Under the pieces are notes generated by a model. The model was not told where the DNA came from, did not search any database, and was given only the letters and a program-made list of their open reading frames with translations. Shown here in pieces: positions 29,837 to 39,926 of a DNA stretch of 64,000 nt (positions within the stretch are counted from its first letter, which is position 1; every line of letters begins with the position of its first letter). The position numbers and the translations under genes are program-made. The stretch comes from an uncultured delta proteobacterium (GTDB lineage Bacteria > Myxococcota > Kuafuiibacteriia > Kuafuiibacteriales > Kuafuiibacteriaceae): NCBI GenBank assembly GCA_963803435.1, contig CAWDML010000001.1, forward strand, positions 1,056,001 through 1,120,000. The letters are read 5' to 3'.

Positions 29837-30835
29837 TTACCTTCCGGGAGCCGTCGGCGACAAGTTTTCAACCACCGATCGGATCGTCTCGACCAGCGAG
29901 TAACGTGGCGTAAAGCCCAGCTCTTTCTTCGCCAGCGAGCCGTCGACGACGCAGTTGTACTGGATGTGCCGGAGCTCGGGCGCCGGAAAGCCCGTCATCC
30001 GGAAGTCGAAGGCCCCGCCCAGCATCCGTTTGGCGACGAAGGCCGGGATCGACCGCGGTCGCCGGTCCAGGACCTGGAGGATCCGCGAGAGCGGGGCCTC
30101 GCCCGGGCCGACGATGTTGAACACGCCCTTCGTGCCCGCCTTGAACGCGAGGCAGATGGCGTGGACCACGTCCTCTTCGTGGATCAGCTGGATGATCGGA
30201 TCGAAGCCGGTCATCACCCAGGGCCGCTCGAGCCGCAGGTAGTTGGAGGGCGCGTTGCGCACGCGCGGTCCCACGATGTGGACCGGGCGGAGCATCGTCG
30301 TCTCCACACCGGGCTGCCGGTAGAAGAAGCTCTGGACGATCCGATCGACGGCCACCAGATCGCGGATCTCGTGGTGATGCTCGGCCCCGAGGAGCGGCGC
30401 GTCCTCGCCGAGGAAGTACGAGTTCTCCGGATCCGGCCCGTAGATGTTGGCGCTCGAAAGCATGATGAACTGCGGCGCGCGGTACTTGGCGGTGAAGTCG
30501 AGCAGCCGCTGCGTCCCGATGACGTTGAACCGGTAGTGGTCCTCTTCCCCGTGCGGGTTGTGCATCAGACCCAGGTGCACCACGGCGAGCACGTTCCGGG
30601 TCCGGAACACGTCCTCGATCGCGCGCCACCGGACGTCGGTCCGCAGGTGCACCACGTCCTTCGGGAGGCCGGTGATGGGGCGGCGATCGACCGCCACGAT
30701 CTGGTGCTGGCGGTGCAGCGACTGCACCACGAGCCGGCCCAGGTTGCCGCCCGCGCCGGTACAGATGATGACGTCCTGTTGGCGGGAGCCCACGGGAACC
30801 TCAGAAGAAGACGCCGTCGCGCGCTCGGAGACCAT
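29837..30835 (-). CDS. NAD-dependent epimerase/dehydratase (extended SDR)
   Basis: TGAGGNLG, SSANIYG, LRPVHIVGP, QLIHEED; exact start uncertain. Confidence 0.88.
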   Translation of the reverse strand: MVSERATASSSEVPVGSRQQDVIICTGAGGNLGRLVVQSLHRQHQIVAVDRRPITGLPKDVVHLRTDVRWRAIEDVFRTRNVLAVVHLGLMHNPHGEEDHYRFNVIGTQRLLDFTAKYRAPQFIMLSSANIYGPDPENSYFLGEDAPLLGAEHHHEIRDLVAVDRIVQSFFYRQPGVETTMLRPVHIVGPRVRNAPSNYLRLERPWVMTGFDPIIQLIHEEDVVHAICLAFKAGTKGVFNIVGPGEAPLSRILQVLDRRPRSIPAFVAKRMLGGAFDFRMTGFPAPELRHIQYNCVVDGSLAKKELGFTPRYSLVETIRSVVENLSPTAPGR

Positions 30836-31670
30836 GGTCGAGCATCTCCTGGATCACGTTCTTCACGCGGGACACGTGCTCCTGCACGAACTCGTCATCC
30901 TCGTCACCGAGCCCCGGGAAGGTCATCGGGTCGCCGAAGTAGATGTGATACTTCGAAGGGAGCGGCAGCAGTCCGAGCGGTCCGAGGAGCGGGAAGGTCG
31001 GCGTCACGGGAAACGCCGGCGCACCGATCGCGTCCGCCAGCGGTTTCACGTTGTACAGTGAGGGCGCCTGCTCCTCCGCGCCGACCACCGCGATCGGCAC
31101 GATCGGCGTCCGCGTCTCGAGCGCCAGCCGCATGAAGCCCGTACCGAAGCGCTCCAGCTGATACCTGCGGTCGTACGTCTTCGAGATCCCGCGCGCGCCC
31201 TCGGGAAAGACGAGGATCGCCTCCTCCTTCTCCAGCAGACGCCGGCAATTCTCGGGCGTCCCGACGATCTGCCCCATACGCGCCATGAACACCGAGACGA
31301 AGGGCAACTTCGGCACCCACTTCTCGACCATGGCGCGCGGTACGCGGGGCGGGTCGTGCTCGAGCACGAGCGCGCAGGCGATCATCATGCCGTCGAAGGG
31401 GAGCTGCCCCGAGTGGTTGGCCACCAGCAGGACGCGGCGCTCGGGCACCTTCTCCAGGCCGTGCGTCTTCACCCGGAAGTAGTTCTTGTAGAGCCAGGCC
31501 ACCGGAATCGCGGCGTACTTGACGACTCGCGGGTCGTATCCGAAAGGATCCACACCGAGCTCGCCGAGGTCGGCGCGAAGCTGCTCGGTTTTGCGCTCGA
31601 GCTCCCCGTCCACCACGAGCTCGGCGATCTTGCGCTTCAGCGCCCGCCGCAAGGTCCCGTCCCCCACCAT
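30801..31670 (-). CDS. PlsC-like lysophospholipid acyltransferase
   Basis: ANHSGQLPFD, VFPEGARG, PIVPIAVVGAEE. Confidence 0.9.
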   Translation of the reverse strand: MVGDGTLRRALKRKIAELVVDGELERKTEQLRADLGELGVDPFGYDPRVVKYAAIPVAWLYKNYFRVKTHGLEKVPERRVLLVANHSGQLPFDGMMIACALVLEHDPPRVPRAMVEKWVPKLPFVSVFMARMGQIVGTPENCRRLLEKEEAILVFPEGARGISKTYDRRYQLERFGTGFMRLALETRTPIVPIAVVGAEEQAPSLYNVKPLADAIGAPAFPVTPTFPLLGPLGLLPLPSKYHIYFGDPMTFPGLGDEDDEFVQEHVSRVKNVIQEMLDHGLRARDGVFF

Positions 31671-31699
31671 CGGGAGGACGCTATGTCGGACACACACGA

Positions 31700-32740
31700 T
31701 TGCCAACCGGATCCGATCAGAGGTACCCAGTCCGAGATTTGCTCGCGGGTGACTCGATAGAAGGCGCGATCCTCACGACCGTCGCGTACTACGACGTGTT
31801 CGCGTTCGCCCCGCGCGCCCGCGAGATCCACCGCTTCCTCGTGGGACGCCGTGCGAGCCGCGCCGAGGTGGAGACGACGTTGCTCGAGAGCCACGCGCTC
31901 GCGCAGCACGTCGCCAGTCGAGACGGCTGCTGGTTCTTGCGCGGCAAGGATCACCTCGCGCCGCGGCGCCTGCGCTTCTCTCGCCACTCGGGGGCGCTCT
32001 GGCCCCGCGCACGCGCGATCGGCCGGCTCGTCGAGCGCACCGGGCTCGCGCTCTGCGGAATGATCACCGGCTCGCTGGCCGCCGACAACGCGGACGAGCA
32101 CGCCGACATCGACTATCTGTTCATCTACCCCGCTGAGCGCACCTGGACCTCGTACGCGTCGATGCGGCTACTCGCCAAGGTGCCGATCGCGGGGCTCGAC
32201 GATCTGTGCCCCAACTACGTGCTGCCGGCCGACCAGCTCGAGATCCGCCCCCAGAACCTCTTCACCGCCTGGGAGATCGCGAAAGCGATCCCGATGTTCG
32301 GGTTCGACGTGTTCGAGCGCTTCGTGCAGGCCAACCGCTGGGTGAGCCGCTACCTCCCCAACGCGATCCCCTCCGTCGAGGCCGAGCTCGCCGGCTACGT
32401 GCGTCCGCCGAGCCGAGAGGATCCCTCCCTGCTCCGTACGCTGACCGGCTCGACGCTCTTCCAGAAACTGGAGGGCATCGAAAGGAAGCGTAAGTTCAAC
32501 CGCGATCGGCGCGACGTTGGCGTCGACATGCACGAACGCCAGCGCAAGGGGTCGCTCGATCGCCACTCTCCCACCCGCTCCTTCCACACCCTCTCCGAGC
32601 TTCGCTACCGGATGGACCAGCTCGGCATCCAGGCCCACCCCGTGTACGCCGAGGTCGACGCCGCCACCTCCATGCTGGCCGACGAGATGACCCGCTGGGG
32701 CCCGGATCGCATCGAAACGCGCGAAGTCGCCGCAGGTTGA
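31700..32740 (+). CDS. Nucleotidyltransferase-fold protein of unknown function
   Basis: ITGSLA...DIDYLF Pol-beta motif; LCPNY; NLFTAWEI; NRWVSRYLPN; start uncertain. Confidence 0.65.
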   Translation: MPTGSDQRYPVRDLLAGDSIEGAILTTVAYYDVFAFAPRAREIHRFLVGRRASRAEVETTLLESHALAQHVASRDGCWFLRGKDHLAPRRLRFSRHSGALWPRARAIGRLVERTGLALCGMITGSLAADNADEHADIDYLFIYPAERTWTSYASMRLLAKVPIAGLDDLCPNYVLPADQLEIRPQNLFTAWEIAKAIPMFGFDVFERFVQANRWVSRYLPNAIPSVEAELAGYVRPPSREDPSLLRTLTGSTLFQKLEGIERKRKFNRDRRDVGVDMHERQRKGSLDRHSPTRSFHTLSELRYRMDQLGIQAHPVYAEVDAATSMLADEMTRWGPDRIETREVAAG

Positions 32741-32798
32741 GCGGTCAAACGCCCGCAAGGCTTTGCCGCGGCGGGCCGCGACGTTACGCTCCCCGCTG

Positions 32799-34034
32799 AT
32801 GGACGTCGATCTCCAGGACGAAGCCCTCGACCGGCGACTCCGGAAGCGCCCACCCGACGCCGCCCGGACCTGGCTGTGGACCACCGCCGCGTTCGCCCTG
32901 CTGGGCGGTCTGTTCGCCGGCGTGTCGACGTCCGACTTCATCTCGCACCTGGATCGGCAAGTTCACGCCATCCACTGCTCGTTCATCCCGGGCGCGGGAT
33001 CACAGCTCGGCGACAGCGGCTGCCGCACCGTCATGATGAGCCCGTACAGCTCGCTGTTCCGGGACTCGATCTGGGGCGGTCTGCCGATCAGCCTGCTGGC
33101 GCTGGCCGTCTTCGCCTACCTGTTGTATCGCGCCGCCGACTTCGCGCTCCGCGACCGGATCACCCGCCACGAGACCTCGTTCCTGGTGGCGGCCACGCTG
33201 CTGCCGGTGCTGATGAGCGTGATCTACGGCTACATCTCGGTCAACAAGATCGGCTCGGTCTGCAAGCTGTGTATGGGCATCTATGCCTCGTCGGCCGCGG
33301 TGCTCTGCTCGGCGCTGCTGGCGCACGCGCGTGCCGCGCCGAAGGACCTCCGCTCCGATAGCGGCGTGTACGCGCGATGGTTCGCCGAGGGCGTGGGTTA
33401 CGTCGTGGTGCTGGCAGTCGCGTTCGTGATGTTCGCGCCGTCGTCGGACAAGACGCTCAAGGGCTGCGGGACGCTGGTCCAGAAAACCGACCCCAGCAAG
33501 ATCATGCTCCCGCTCGGGGGGTCGCCCGGCGGGACTCCGGCGATCGCGGTGATCGATCCGCTCTGCCCCGCGTGCAAGGCGTTCGATCGACGGCTGGAGG
33601 CGAGCGGCCTCATGCGCAAGCTCGATCTGTCGGCCGTCCTCTTCCCGCTCGACGCCAAGTGCAACTGGATGGTGAAGGAGTCGATCCATCCCGGCGCGTG
33701 CATGGTCAGCGAGGCGATGCTCTGCGACCCCAAGTCGGCGCGGCAGATCCTCAGCTGGGCGTTCGAGAATCAGGAGTCGCTGCGCGAGCAGGCCAAGGAC
33801 CACGAGCGCGAGGTCCGGGATCGCATCGCCGCCGCGTTTCCCAGCGTGCGGGGCTGCGTGGGTAGCGCGAACATCAAGAACAAGGTCAACAAGAGCCTGC
33901 GATGGGCGGTGAAGAACGCGCTGCCGGTGCTCACGCCGCAGCTGTTCATCGGCGACAAGCGCGTATGCGATGAAGACACCGATCTCGGGCTCGAATACAC
34001 CATCGCGAAGATGCTGGAAGGAGAACGCCGATGA
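32799..34034 (+). CDS. Vitamin K epoxide reductase (VKOR)-thioredoxin/DsbA fusion
   Basis: Loop Cys pair, SPYS, TM helices, CKLC; C-terminal CPAC, FPLDAKCN, cis-Pro TP. Confidence 0.85.
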   Translation: MDVDLQDEALDRRLRKRPPDAARTWLWTTAAFALLGGLFAGVSTSDFISHLDRQVHAIHCSFIPGAGSQLGDSGCRTVMMSPYSSLFRDSIWGGLPISLLALAVFAYLLYRAADFALRDRITRHETSFLVAATLLPVLMSVIYGYISVNKIGSVCKLCMGIYASSAAVLCSALLAHARAAPKDLRSDSGVYARWFAEGVGYVVVLAVAFVMFAPSSDKTLKGCGTLVQKTDPSKIMLPLGGSPGGTPAIAVIDPLCPACKAFDRRLEASGLMRKLDLSAVLFPLDAKCNWMVKESIHPGACMVSEAMLCDPKSARQILSWAFENQESLREQAKDHEREVRDRIAAAFPSVRGCVGSANIKNKVNKSLRWAVKNALPVLTPQLFIGDKRVCDEDTDLGLEYTIAKMLEGERR

Positions 34035-34714
34035 ACGGCGGTCGAAACACCTGGGTGCTGTTTTTCGCTTGCGTGCTGGTGCCTGCCATCCTGGTGACGA
34101 TCTGGCTCCGCCACGCCAACGCAGAGCTCAGCGTGGCGACCGGCGCGGCCGACGAGGTCGCGATCGCGAGCGCCGCCGAGGATCAGTACTGCTCACCCAC
34201 GCTCAAGAAAGTGCTCCGCCGGGTCGCCGGCGCCTGCGGTCTGATCGACGGCGGCGGGCGGGGCTGCAAGCCGGCCGACGCCAAGACGGTGGCCGCGCTC
34301 TCGGGCGACGACTTCAACACGCTGTTCGTGCCGCTCGCGCATCGCGCCAGCATCCTCCAGTTCGACGCGGAGCAGGTCGACCTCGACGAGAGCGCACGGA
34401 AGCTGATCGACCAGGCCTGGAGCGAGCAGCGCGGCGCCAGCTTCTTCTTCGTGGTCGCGCGCGCGAGCCCTGACGGGGACACGGCGTACAACCAGGAGCT
34501 GTCGCAGAAGAGGGCCGAGGCGGTGCTCAACCACCTGGAGCAGCAGTTCAACGATCCAGATCTGAAGGGCGAGGTCGGGCTCCTGTGGCTCGGCGAAGAG
34601 TACGCGCAGCTCGACGAGAGCTTCTGCAACTGGAAGCGGAGCCGCGAGGGCGAGTGCAGGAAAGCCGACATCAACCGGACCGCCTTCGTGGCCTGGATCG
34701 ACTGTGCGATCTGA
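34031..34714 (+). CDS. Cys-rich OmpA-like protein
   Basis: ARASPDGDTAYNQELSQKRAEAV; INRTAF; ATGA coupling. Confidence 0.7.
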   Translation: MNGGRNTWVLFFACVLVPAILVTIWLRHANAELSVATGAADEVAIASAAEDQYCSPTLKKVLRRVAGACGLIDGGGRGCKPADAKTVAALSGDDFNTLFVPLAHRASILQFDAEQVDLDESARKLIDQAWSEQRGASFFFVVARASPDGDTAYNQELSQKRAEAVLNHLEQQFNDPDLKGEVGLLWLGEEYAQLDESFCNWKRSREGECRKADINRTAFVAWIDCAI

Positions 34715-35300
34715 GTTGTTGGCGCTCGTCGTGTGCATCCTCACCGGCTGTCCCGAGGATCAAAACGAAGGACCCGCGCCGCGTCGCTTCGAGGCGGTGA
34801 AGCGCTCCGAGCGTGCGGACAAGGCCTCGACGATCTTTTGCGAGAAGGCCTATTCGGCAGGCGATCGGCCCTGGGTGTCGCCGCCGGAGCAGCCGGTCCC
34901 TGGCGAGAAGAGCGCCTCCGCGGAGGGCGGCTGGCGCTGGATCAACTTCTGGGCCTCCTGGTGCGGACCCTGCCTGGAAGAGATGCCGTTGCTGAAAACG
35001 TGGAAGCAAACCTTCGATCGGGACGGCGTCCCGGTGTCCTTCGAGCTGTGGAGCATCGACGAGGATCGGGACGCCTTCGTCCAGGCGTTGGGTCAAAAGG
35101 ACCGTTTCCCGAGGGGACAGTTCCACTGGCTCCGGGGCCTCGACGATCTTCCCCTGGTCCTCGAGTCGCTGGGCGTCGAGCGCGACTCGGCCATCCCCAT
35201 CCACGCGCTGGTGGATCCCAGAGGGCATCTACGATGCGTCCGGGTCGGGGCTGTCGGCCCCAGCGATTACGGAACGATCAAGACCATCATCGGATCGTGA
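34704..35300 (+). CDS. TlpA-like thiol-disulfide oxidoreductase lipoprotein
   Basis: Lipobox LTGC; NFWASWCGPCLEEMP. Confidence 0.88.
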   Translation: MRSELLALVVCILTGCPEDQNEGPAPRRFEAVKRSERADKASTIFCEKAYSAGDRPWVSPPEQPVPGEKSASAEGGWRWINFWASWCGPCLEEMPLLKTWKQTFDRDGVPVSFELWSIDEDRDAFVQALGQKDRFPRGQFHWLRGLDDLPLVLESLGVERDSAIPIHALVDPRGHLRCVRVGAVGPSDYGTIKTIIGS

Positions 35301-35330
35301 GGTATTCTCTCCCGTCGAGGTCGGACGGTC

Positions 35331-36845
35331 GTGGTGGAGCAGGATTCGTTCGAAGCGCTCAGCGAGGCGGCGGAGCAGAATCCAGAGGACCCCTGGTCTT
35401 GGCTGAAGCTGGCACGAGCCTTCCTGCAATCCGGCGGCCTCTCGATCGCCCGCCACGTCATCGAGCGCGCCGAGGCCTGCGCGGATCAGGACGCTCGCGT
35501 GTGGCGGGAGCTCGGCGACATCTACGAGTCCTGCCGCGACGACGACGCGGCCCTCACCGCCTACGTGAAGGCGGCCAAGCTCGAGCCCGGCACCAGCGAC
35601 GCGTCGATCGGGCTCATCCTCCTCCGGATGAACCGGCCGGCCCAGGCGGAGGCCGCGCTGCGATCGGCGATGGAGCGAGGGTACGGCTCCCCCGCGGTCG
35701 CGCTCGGGCTGGCCCGCGCGCTGGTGGAGCAGGGGCGCTTCAAGGATGCGAGGCAGGTCCTCGATCGCGCGACCCCCGCAGACGATCCCGAACATCTCGG
35801 GCTCCTCGCCTCGATCTCACGACAGCTCAAGGACGGCCCGGGCGAGCTCCGCACGCTCAGGCAGCTCCGGTCGGTCCGTCCGAGCGACGCACGGGTGGCG
35901 CTGGATCTGGCGCGCGCGCTGATCGAGGCGGGCGATGTACCCGGCGCGGAGCACGAGCTCGCGCACCTGGACGCCCACGCCGACATCCACCGGCAGGCCG
36001 GACGGTTGTTGATGCAGAGCCACGCACCGGTCGGCGCCGCGCATCACCTGGCGCGCGTGGTCGCGCAGTATCCCGACTCTGCGGAGGCGCACCGCGAGCT
36101 GGCCAGCGCCTATGAGGCCGGCGAGCGCTTTCCCGAGGCGGTGGCCGCGTTCGAGAAGAGCCTCGAGATCAGCGGTGGCCAACCCGCGGTCTTGTTCGCG
36201 ATGGGTCGATCGCTGGCGGCGCTCGGGCGTTACCGCGATGCGTCGACGGCGCTGGTGCGGGCGTCGGCCCTCGCGCCCGACGACGAGGCCATCCGGGCGG
36301 TGCTGACCCAGGTGCTCACCGCGCTCGACGGACGCTCTTCTCCGCCCCGCGGCATGAGCGCGTCGGGGCTCGACGGCGATCTCCAGCAGTTCTCGGTGCC
36401 CGAGCTGCTCGAGTTCCTGTCCCACCAGCACGCGACCGGGATCCTGGAGGTCAGCTCCCCGCGCGGCCACGCCCGCGTGCGCCTCCTCAGCGGCAAGGTC
36501 CTGCAGGCGAGCTGGCAGGGCGGCGAGACGCTGGCGGACGTTCTGACCACGCTCGGCTTGCTCGAGCCCAACACCTTCGAGCCCCGCGTGGAGGACAACG
36601 CGCTGGTGATCAAGCGGATCTCGGAGGAGAAGCTGCTCCCCGCGGAGGTCCTGCGGGCCGTGCTGGCGAGTCAGATCATCGACGGCCTGATCGAGATGAT
36701 CGGCCTACGCGACGGAAGAGCCACGTTCCAGAAGACGGCCGTGCCGCCCTATCCGATCGACACCGAGCTGCTGGTGGATCCGAGGTTCGCGCTCCTCGAG
36801 GCGATGCGCCGGATCGACGAGATCAACGCCCATATTCGTAGCTGA
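35331..36845 (+). CDS. TPR-repeat protein with C-terminal DUF4388 (PATAN-like) domain
   Basis: TPR helices; LDGDLQQFSVPELLEFL..ATGILEV; LLEAMRRIDE. Confidence 0.8.
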   Translation: MVEQDSFEALSEAAEQNPEDPWSWLKLARAFLQSGGLSIARHVIERAEACADQDARVWRELGDIYESCRDDDAALTAYVKAAKLEPGTSDASIGLILLRMNRPAQAEAALRSAMERGYGSPAVALGLARALVEQGRFKDARQVLDRATPADDPEHLGLLASISRQLKDGPGELRTLRQLRSVRPSDARVALDLARALIEAGDVPGAEHELAHLDAHADIHRQAGRLLMQSHAPVGAAHHLARVVAQYPDSAEAHRELASAYEAGERFPEAVAAFEKSLEISGGQPAVLFAMGRSLAALGRYRDASTALVRASALAPDDEAIRAVLTQVLTALDGRSSPPRGMSASGLDGDLQQFSVPELLEFLSHQHATGILEVSSPRGHARVRLLSGKVLQASWQGGETLADVLTTLGLLEPNTFEPRVEDNALVIKRISEEKLLPAEVLRAVLASQIIDGLIEMIGLRDGRATFQKTAVPPYPIDTELLVDPRFALLEAMRRIDEINAHIRS

Positions 36846-38919
36846 GGCGGAGCATCACCTGCCGGCCGCCTCCCTGCCACGGCGAGTGGCCGCCGCGGTA
36901 GGCCTGCGGGAAGAGCTCGACGTTGTCCAGGAGATCGTGCGCGATCAGGGAGACATCGAAGCCTTCGACGCCGGCGTTCATATACATGATCGCCGCACCC
37001 AGGATCACCTCCGGCTTCAACTTCTCCGGCATGTCCTCCTCGCCCAGGATCGCCCATCGATCGAACGCACAGCTGATGCTGGGCGTGACGAATAGGTCGT
37101 CGATCACCTCGAAGCTGGCGCGCGCCAGGAGCCTGTGCCGGGGCGCGCCCAGGAGCGACTTCGTCCCCGGGACCACGTAGTCTTCGATGGGCGTACCGAG
37201 CGCTTGGTAGTAGCCGTACGCCGCCACCACGTTGCCGAACCCGAAGACCCAGCGACCCTCGAACTCCCCGCCGATGGTCGAGCTGCGCCCGCGGTTGAAG
37301 TACGACTCTCCCAGCTCGTCGTCGTAGATGTAGATGACTGGGTTGCTGATCGTGGTGATGAAGCCGTTGGCCGTGAAGCGCGGCCCGGACGGGATCTGAT
37401 AGCCCACCTCGGCCTCGAACACGGTCGTCCGCTCGGGCTTGATCTCGTTGTCCGGGTCGACCGTCTTCTCGAGGATTTTGTTCTGGAATCCGGGCATCCG
37501 GAAGGCCTGTGCCGCCAGGAGCTTCGCGTGGAGGCCGAAGTCGAAGACCTTGGTCAACGCGATCCGCGGCACCGCCGCCAGCCCGAACTCGCTGTGGATC
37601 TCGAGCCGTCCGCCCACGGTGAAGTTGACGAAGCGGTTGGGCCACGTGAACTCGCCGAACACCGCGCCGGTGATGAAGGCGAGGCGCGAGGTCTCGTTGC
37701 CGTCGTCGTCGACGTAGAGCTCGGTGGCGCGGGCCTCCGGATCGGTCTGGTTGACGACGGCGCGATCGTAGAAGGTCTCGACGCCCAGCACGATGTTGGC
37801 GGTGTCGAACGCGTCCCAGCTCAGGGAGACGTTGCCGAGGAGGCGGTGATAGGTCTGCTGGAAGAAGAGCGCCGTGTCGATCAGCTCCTGGCGACGATCC
37901 GGATCGTCGGGAATGGGCGTGTACCAGGGACGCTGCTGGCGATAGCTCAGCTTCGGGATGAGGCGGAGGCCGGGGAGGAGCTCGATGTTGCTGCTCAGCT
38001 CCGCGTAGAGACCGCTGTGGATGTAGTGGTACGTGAACTCGGTCGGGATGTCGAAGCCGTCCGGGCTGTCGAGGCGGTAGTGATCGTACATCACGCGGAG
38101 GCGCGTCGCTCCGTAGGCGACGGAGGCGTCGACCAGCGCGGGCAGGATCACGGTGCTGTTGCCGAGCTCGAGCACCGTGCCGTCGGAGGCCGTGTAGTCG
38201 CGATCGCTCCGCACGCTCCGGCCGATGAAGCCGGAGACGCTCCACTCGAAGTCGCCAGCCACCGAGCCGGCCTCCAGCGTGAGGTCGCCGTATCCCAGCT
38301 TGTCGTTGCCGGAGTAGAAGCGCTCGGGGGCGCCGTACTTGAGCGAGGCGCGAGCGCCGCGGAGCGTATCACCGCTGCGGGTGATGACCTTGACGACGCC
38401 CAGCTCCGCATTGCCGCCGTAGATCGCGGATCCGGGGCCGCGAATGATCTCGACGCGCTCGATGTTCTCCACCGGGTAGTGGTGTCCGAGCTGTAGCGTC
38501 TGGAAGCCCAGCTCGTTGATCTCGTGGCCGTCGATGATCAGCAGGATCTTGCCCTCGTGGGCCCACTGACCGCGGATCCCGAGGCCGATGACCCCCTGGA
38601 CGTCCACCGAGAAGAAGAAGCCGGGGACCATCCGGAGCACGTCGATCAGATCGCGGGCGCCCGACGCCAGGATCTCGTCGCGGGTGACCACGGTGACGAT
38701 CCCGGGGGACTCGCGCAGCGTGGTGGCCCGGAAAGAGGCCACGGAGACCTCGAGCGACAGGAGGGTGTCGAGGTCCAGATCCTCGAAGCCGTCCGGCTTT
38801 CCGGCAGCCTGAGGCGTCTCGACGACGACCTCGTCGTGATCCTGGGCGAGCGCGAGTGAAGGTAGCCAAGTTGCAGCGCAGATCAAAGAGAGACAACGCC
38901 TCATGTGGTTGGGCCTCAC
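36823..38919 (-). CDS. TonB-dependent receptor
   Basis: Plug ESPGIVTVVT, LRMVPG, IERVEIIRGPGSAIYG; AFRMPG, KPERTTVFE; aromatic-rich C-terminal strand. Confidence 0.9.
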   Translation of the reverse strand: MRPNHMRRCLSLICAATWLPSLALAQDHDEVVVETPQAAGKPDGFEDLDLDTLLSLEVSVASFRATTLRESPGIVTVVTRDEILASGARDLIDVLRMVPGFFFSVDVQGVIGLGIRGQWAHEGKILLIIDGHEINELGFQTLQLGHHYPVENIERVEIIRGPGSAIYGGNAELGVVKVITRSGDTLRGARASLKYGAPERFYSGNDKLGYGDLTLEAGSVAGDFEWSVSGFIGRSVRSDRDYTASDGTVLELGNSTVILPALVDASVAYGATRLRVMYDHYRLDSPDGFDIPTEFTYHYIHSGLYAELSSNIELLPGLRLIPKLSYRQQRPWYTPIPDDPDRRQELIDTALFFQQTYHRLLGNVSLSWDAFDTANIVLGVETFYDRAVVNQTDPEARATELYVDDDGNETSRLAFITGAVFGEFTWPNRFVNFTVGGRLEIHSEFGLAAVPRIALTKVFDFGLHAKLLAAQAFRMPGFQNKILEKTVDPDNEIKPERTTVFEAEVGYQIPSGPRFTANGFITTISNPVIYIYDDELGESYFNRGRSSTIGGEFEGRWVFGFGNVVAAYGYYQALGTPIEDYVVPGTKSLLGAPRHRLLARASFEVIDDLFVTPSISCAFDRWAILGEEDMPEKLKPEVILGAAIMYMNAGVEGFDVSLIAHDLLDNVELFPQAYRGGHSPWQGGGRQVMLRLSYEYGR

Positions 38920-39926
38920 TCGACAAGCTCGGTGACCGTAGCCAGGGCCGTCTCCTCGATCTCGAGGTGACGCCGCGCGAACTCGACGTCGAGCACGGTC
39001 TCGACCGAGAGCGGATACTCGAAGCTCTGGTCGGCGACACGCCAGCCTCGATCCGCCAGCGTCGAGATCAGCTGGCCGGTCTGCGTGCCGAGCGCGCGGT
39101 GATCCGGAAGCACCGCGAAGGTCCCGAAGTCGATCTTCTTGGACAGGAGCGTCTTCACGTTCACGACGATCGGCGTCGAGTTTCGGCGGAGTGCAGGCAG
39201 CCAGCCGCGGAGGATCAGATCGCGATCCAGGAGCGCGTTGTCGTTGAGGACCCAGATCGCGTCGACCCTCTCGGTCTCCCGCAGCCGATCGACGGCGTCA
39301 CGGATCTCGCGGCGCTGCTTGCCGGTGATCTCGGCGGCCACGATCTCGAAGCCCTCGGCCAAGCACAGGGAACGCTGCTCCTCGATGAACCCGCGGAACG
39401 AGGCCCGGTGGATCACGCCGATCCGACGGACGGGCTGCTTGAGGAGCGCGCGCAGGTTCACGAGCGAGGTGACCAGCGGGACCTCGTAGATGACGCCGGT
39501 GATGTTCTGGATCCCGGCGCTGCTCTCGCGCAGGAAAGAGGTCAGGACCGCGACGGCCGGGATCTTCTTCTGCTCGTCGCTGGCCGTCTGCTGAAAGCGC
39601 CGGTACACACGCAGGGTCGGGTTGTTCATCAGCACCACGGCGCGAGGCTTGACCTGCCGGAAGTGCTGCGTGACCTGGGCCGGCGTGGTGTCGTCCGAGA
39701 CGATCCGCGGGACCACGTCATAGTCGTCTCCCAGCTCGGCTTTGAGCCCCTCGAACGTGCTCACGGCGGCCGGCGAGTCCGGCATCAGCACCAGGATCGC
39801 GGGCACGTTCTGCCGCCGAGGAGCGTCGAGCAAGGCCGGTGCGAGCTGGTTCGTGGGTGTGGTCGTGCACGACCCGAGCAGCGCCAGCGCGACTGCGGTG
39901 ATGATGACTCTCATTGCCCCGTCCAC
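38916..39926 (-). CDS. ABC-type substrate-binding-like lipoprotein
   Basis: Lipobox LGSC; RRIGVIH, VDAIWVLNDNALL, ALGTQTG. Confidence 0.7.
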   Translation of the reverse strand: MDGAMRVIITAVALALLGSCTTTPTNQLAPALLDAPRRQNVPAILVLMPDSPAAVSTFEGLKAELGDDYDVVPRIVSDDTTPAQVTQHFRQVKPRAVVLMNNPTLRVYRRFQQTASDEQKKIPAVAVLTSFLRESSAGIQNITGVIYEVPLVTSLVNLRALLKQPVRRIGVIHRASFRGFIEEQRSLCLAEGFEIVAAEITGKQRREIRDAVDRLRETERVDAIWVLNDNALLDRDLILRGWLPALRRNSTPIVVNVKTLLSKKIDFGTFAVLPDHRALGTQTGQLISTLADRGWRVADQSFEYPLSVETVLDVEFARRHLEIEETALATVTELVE

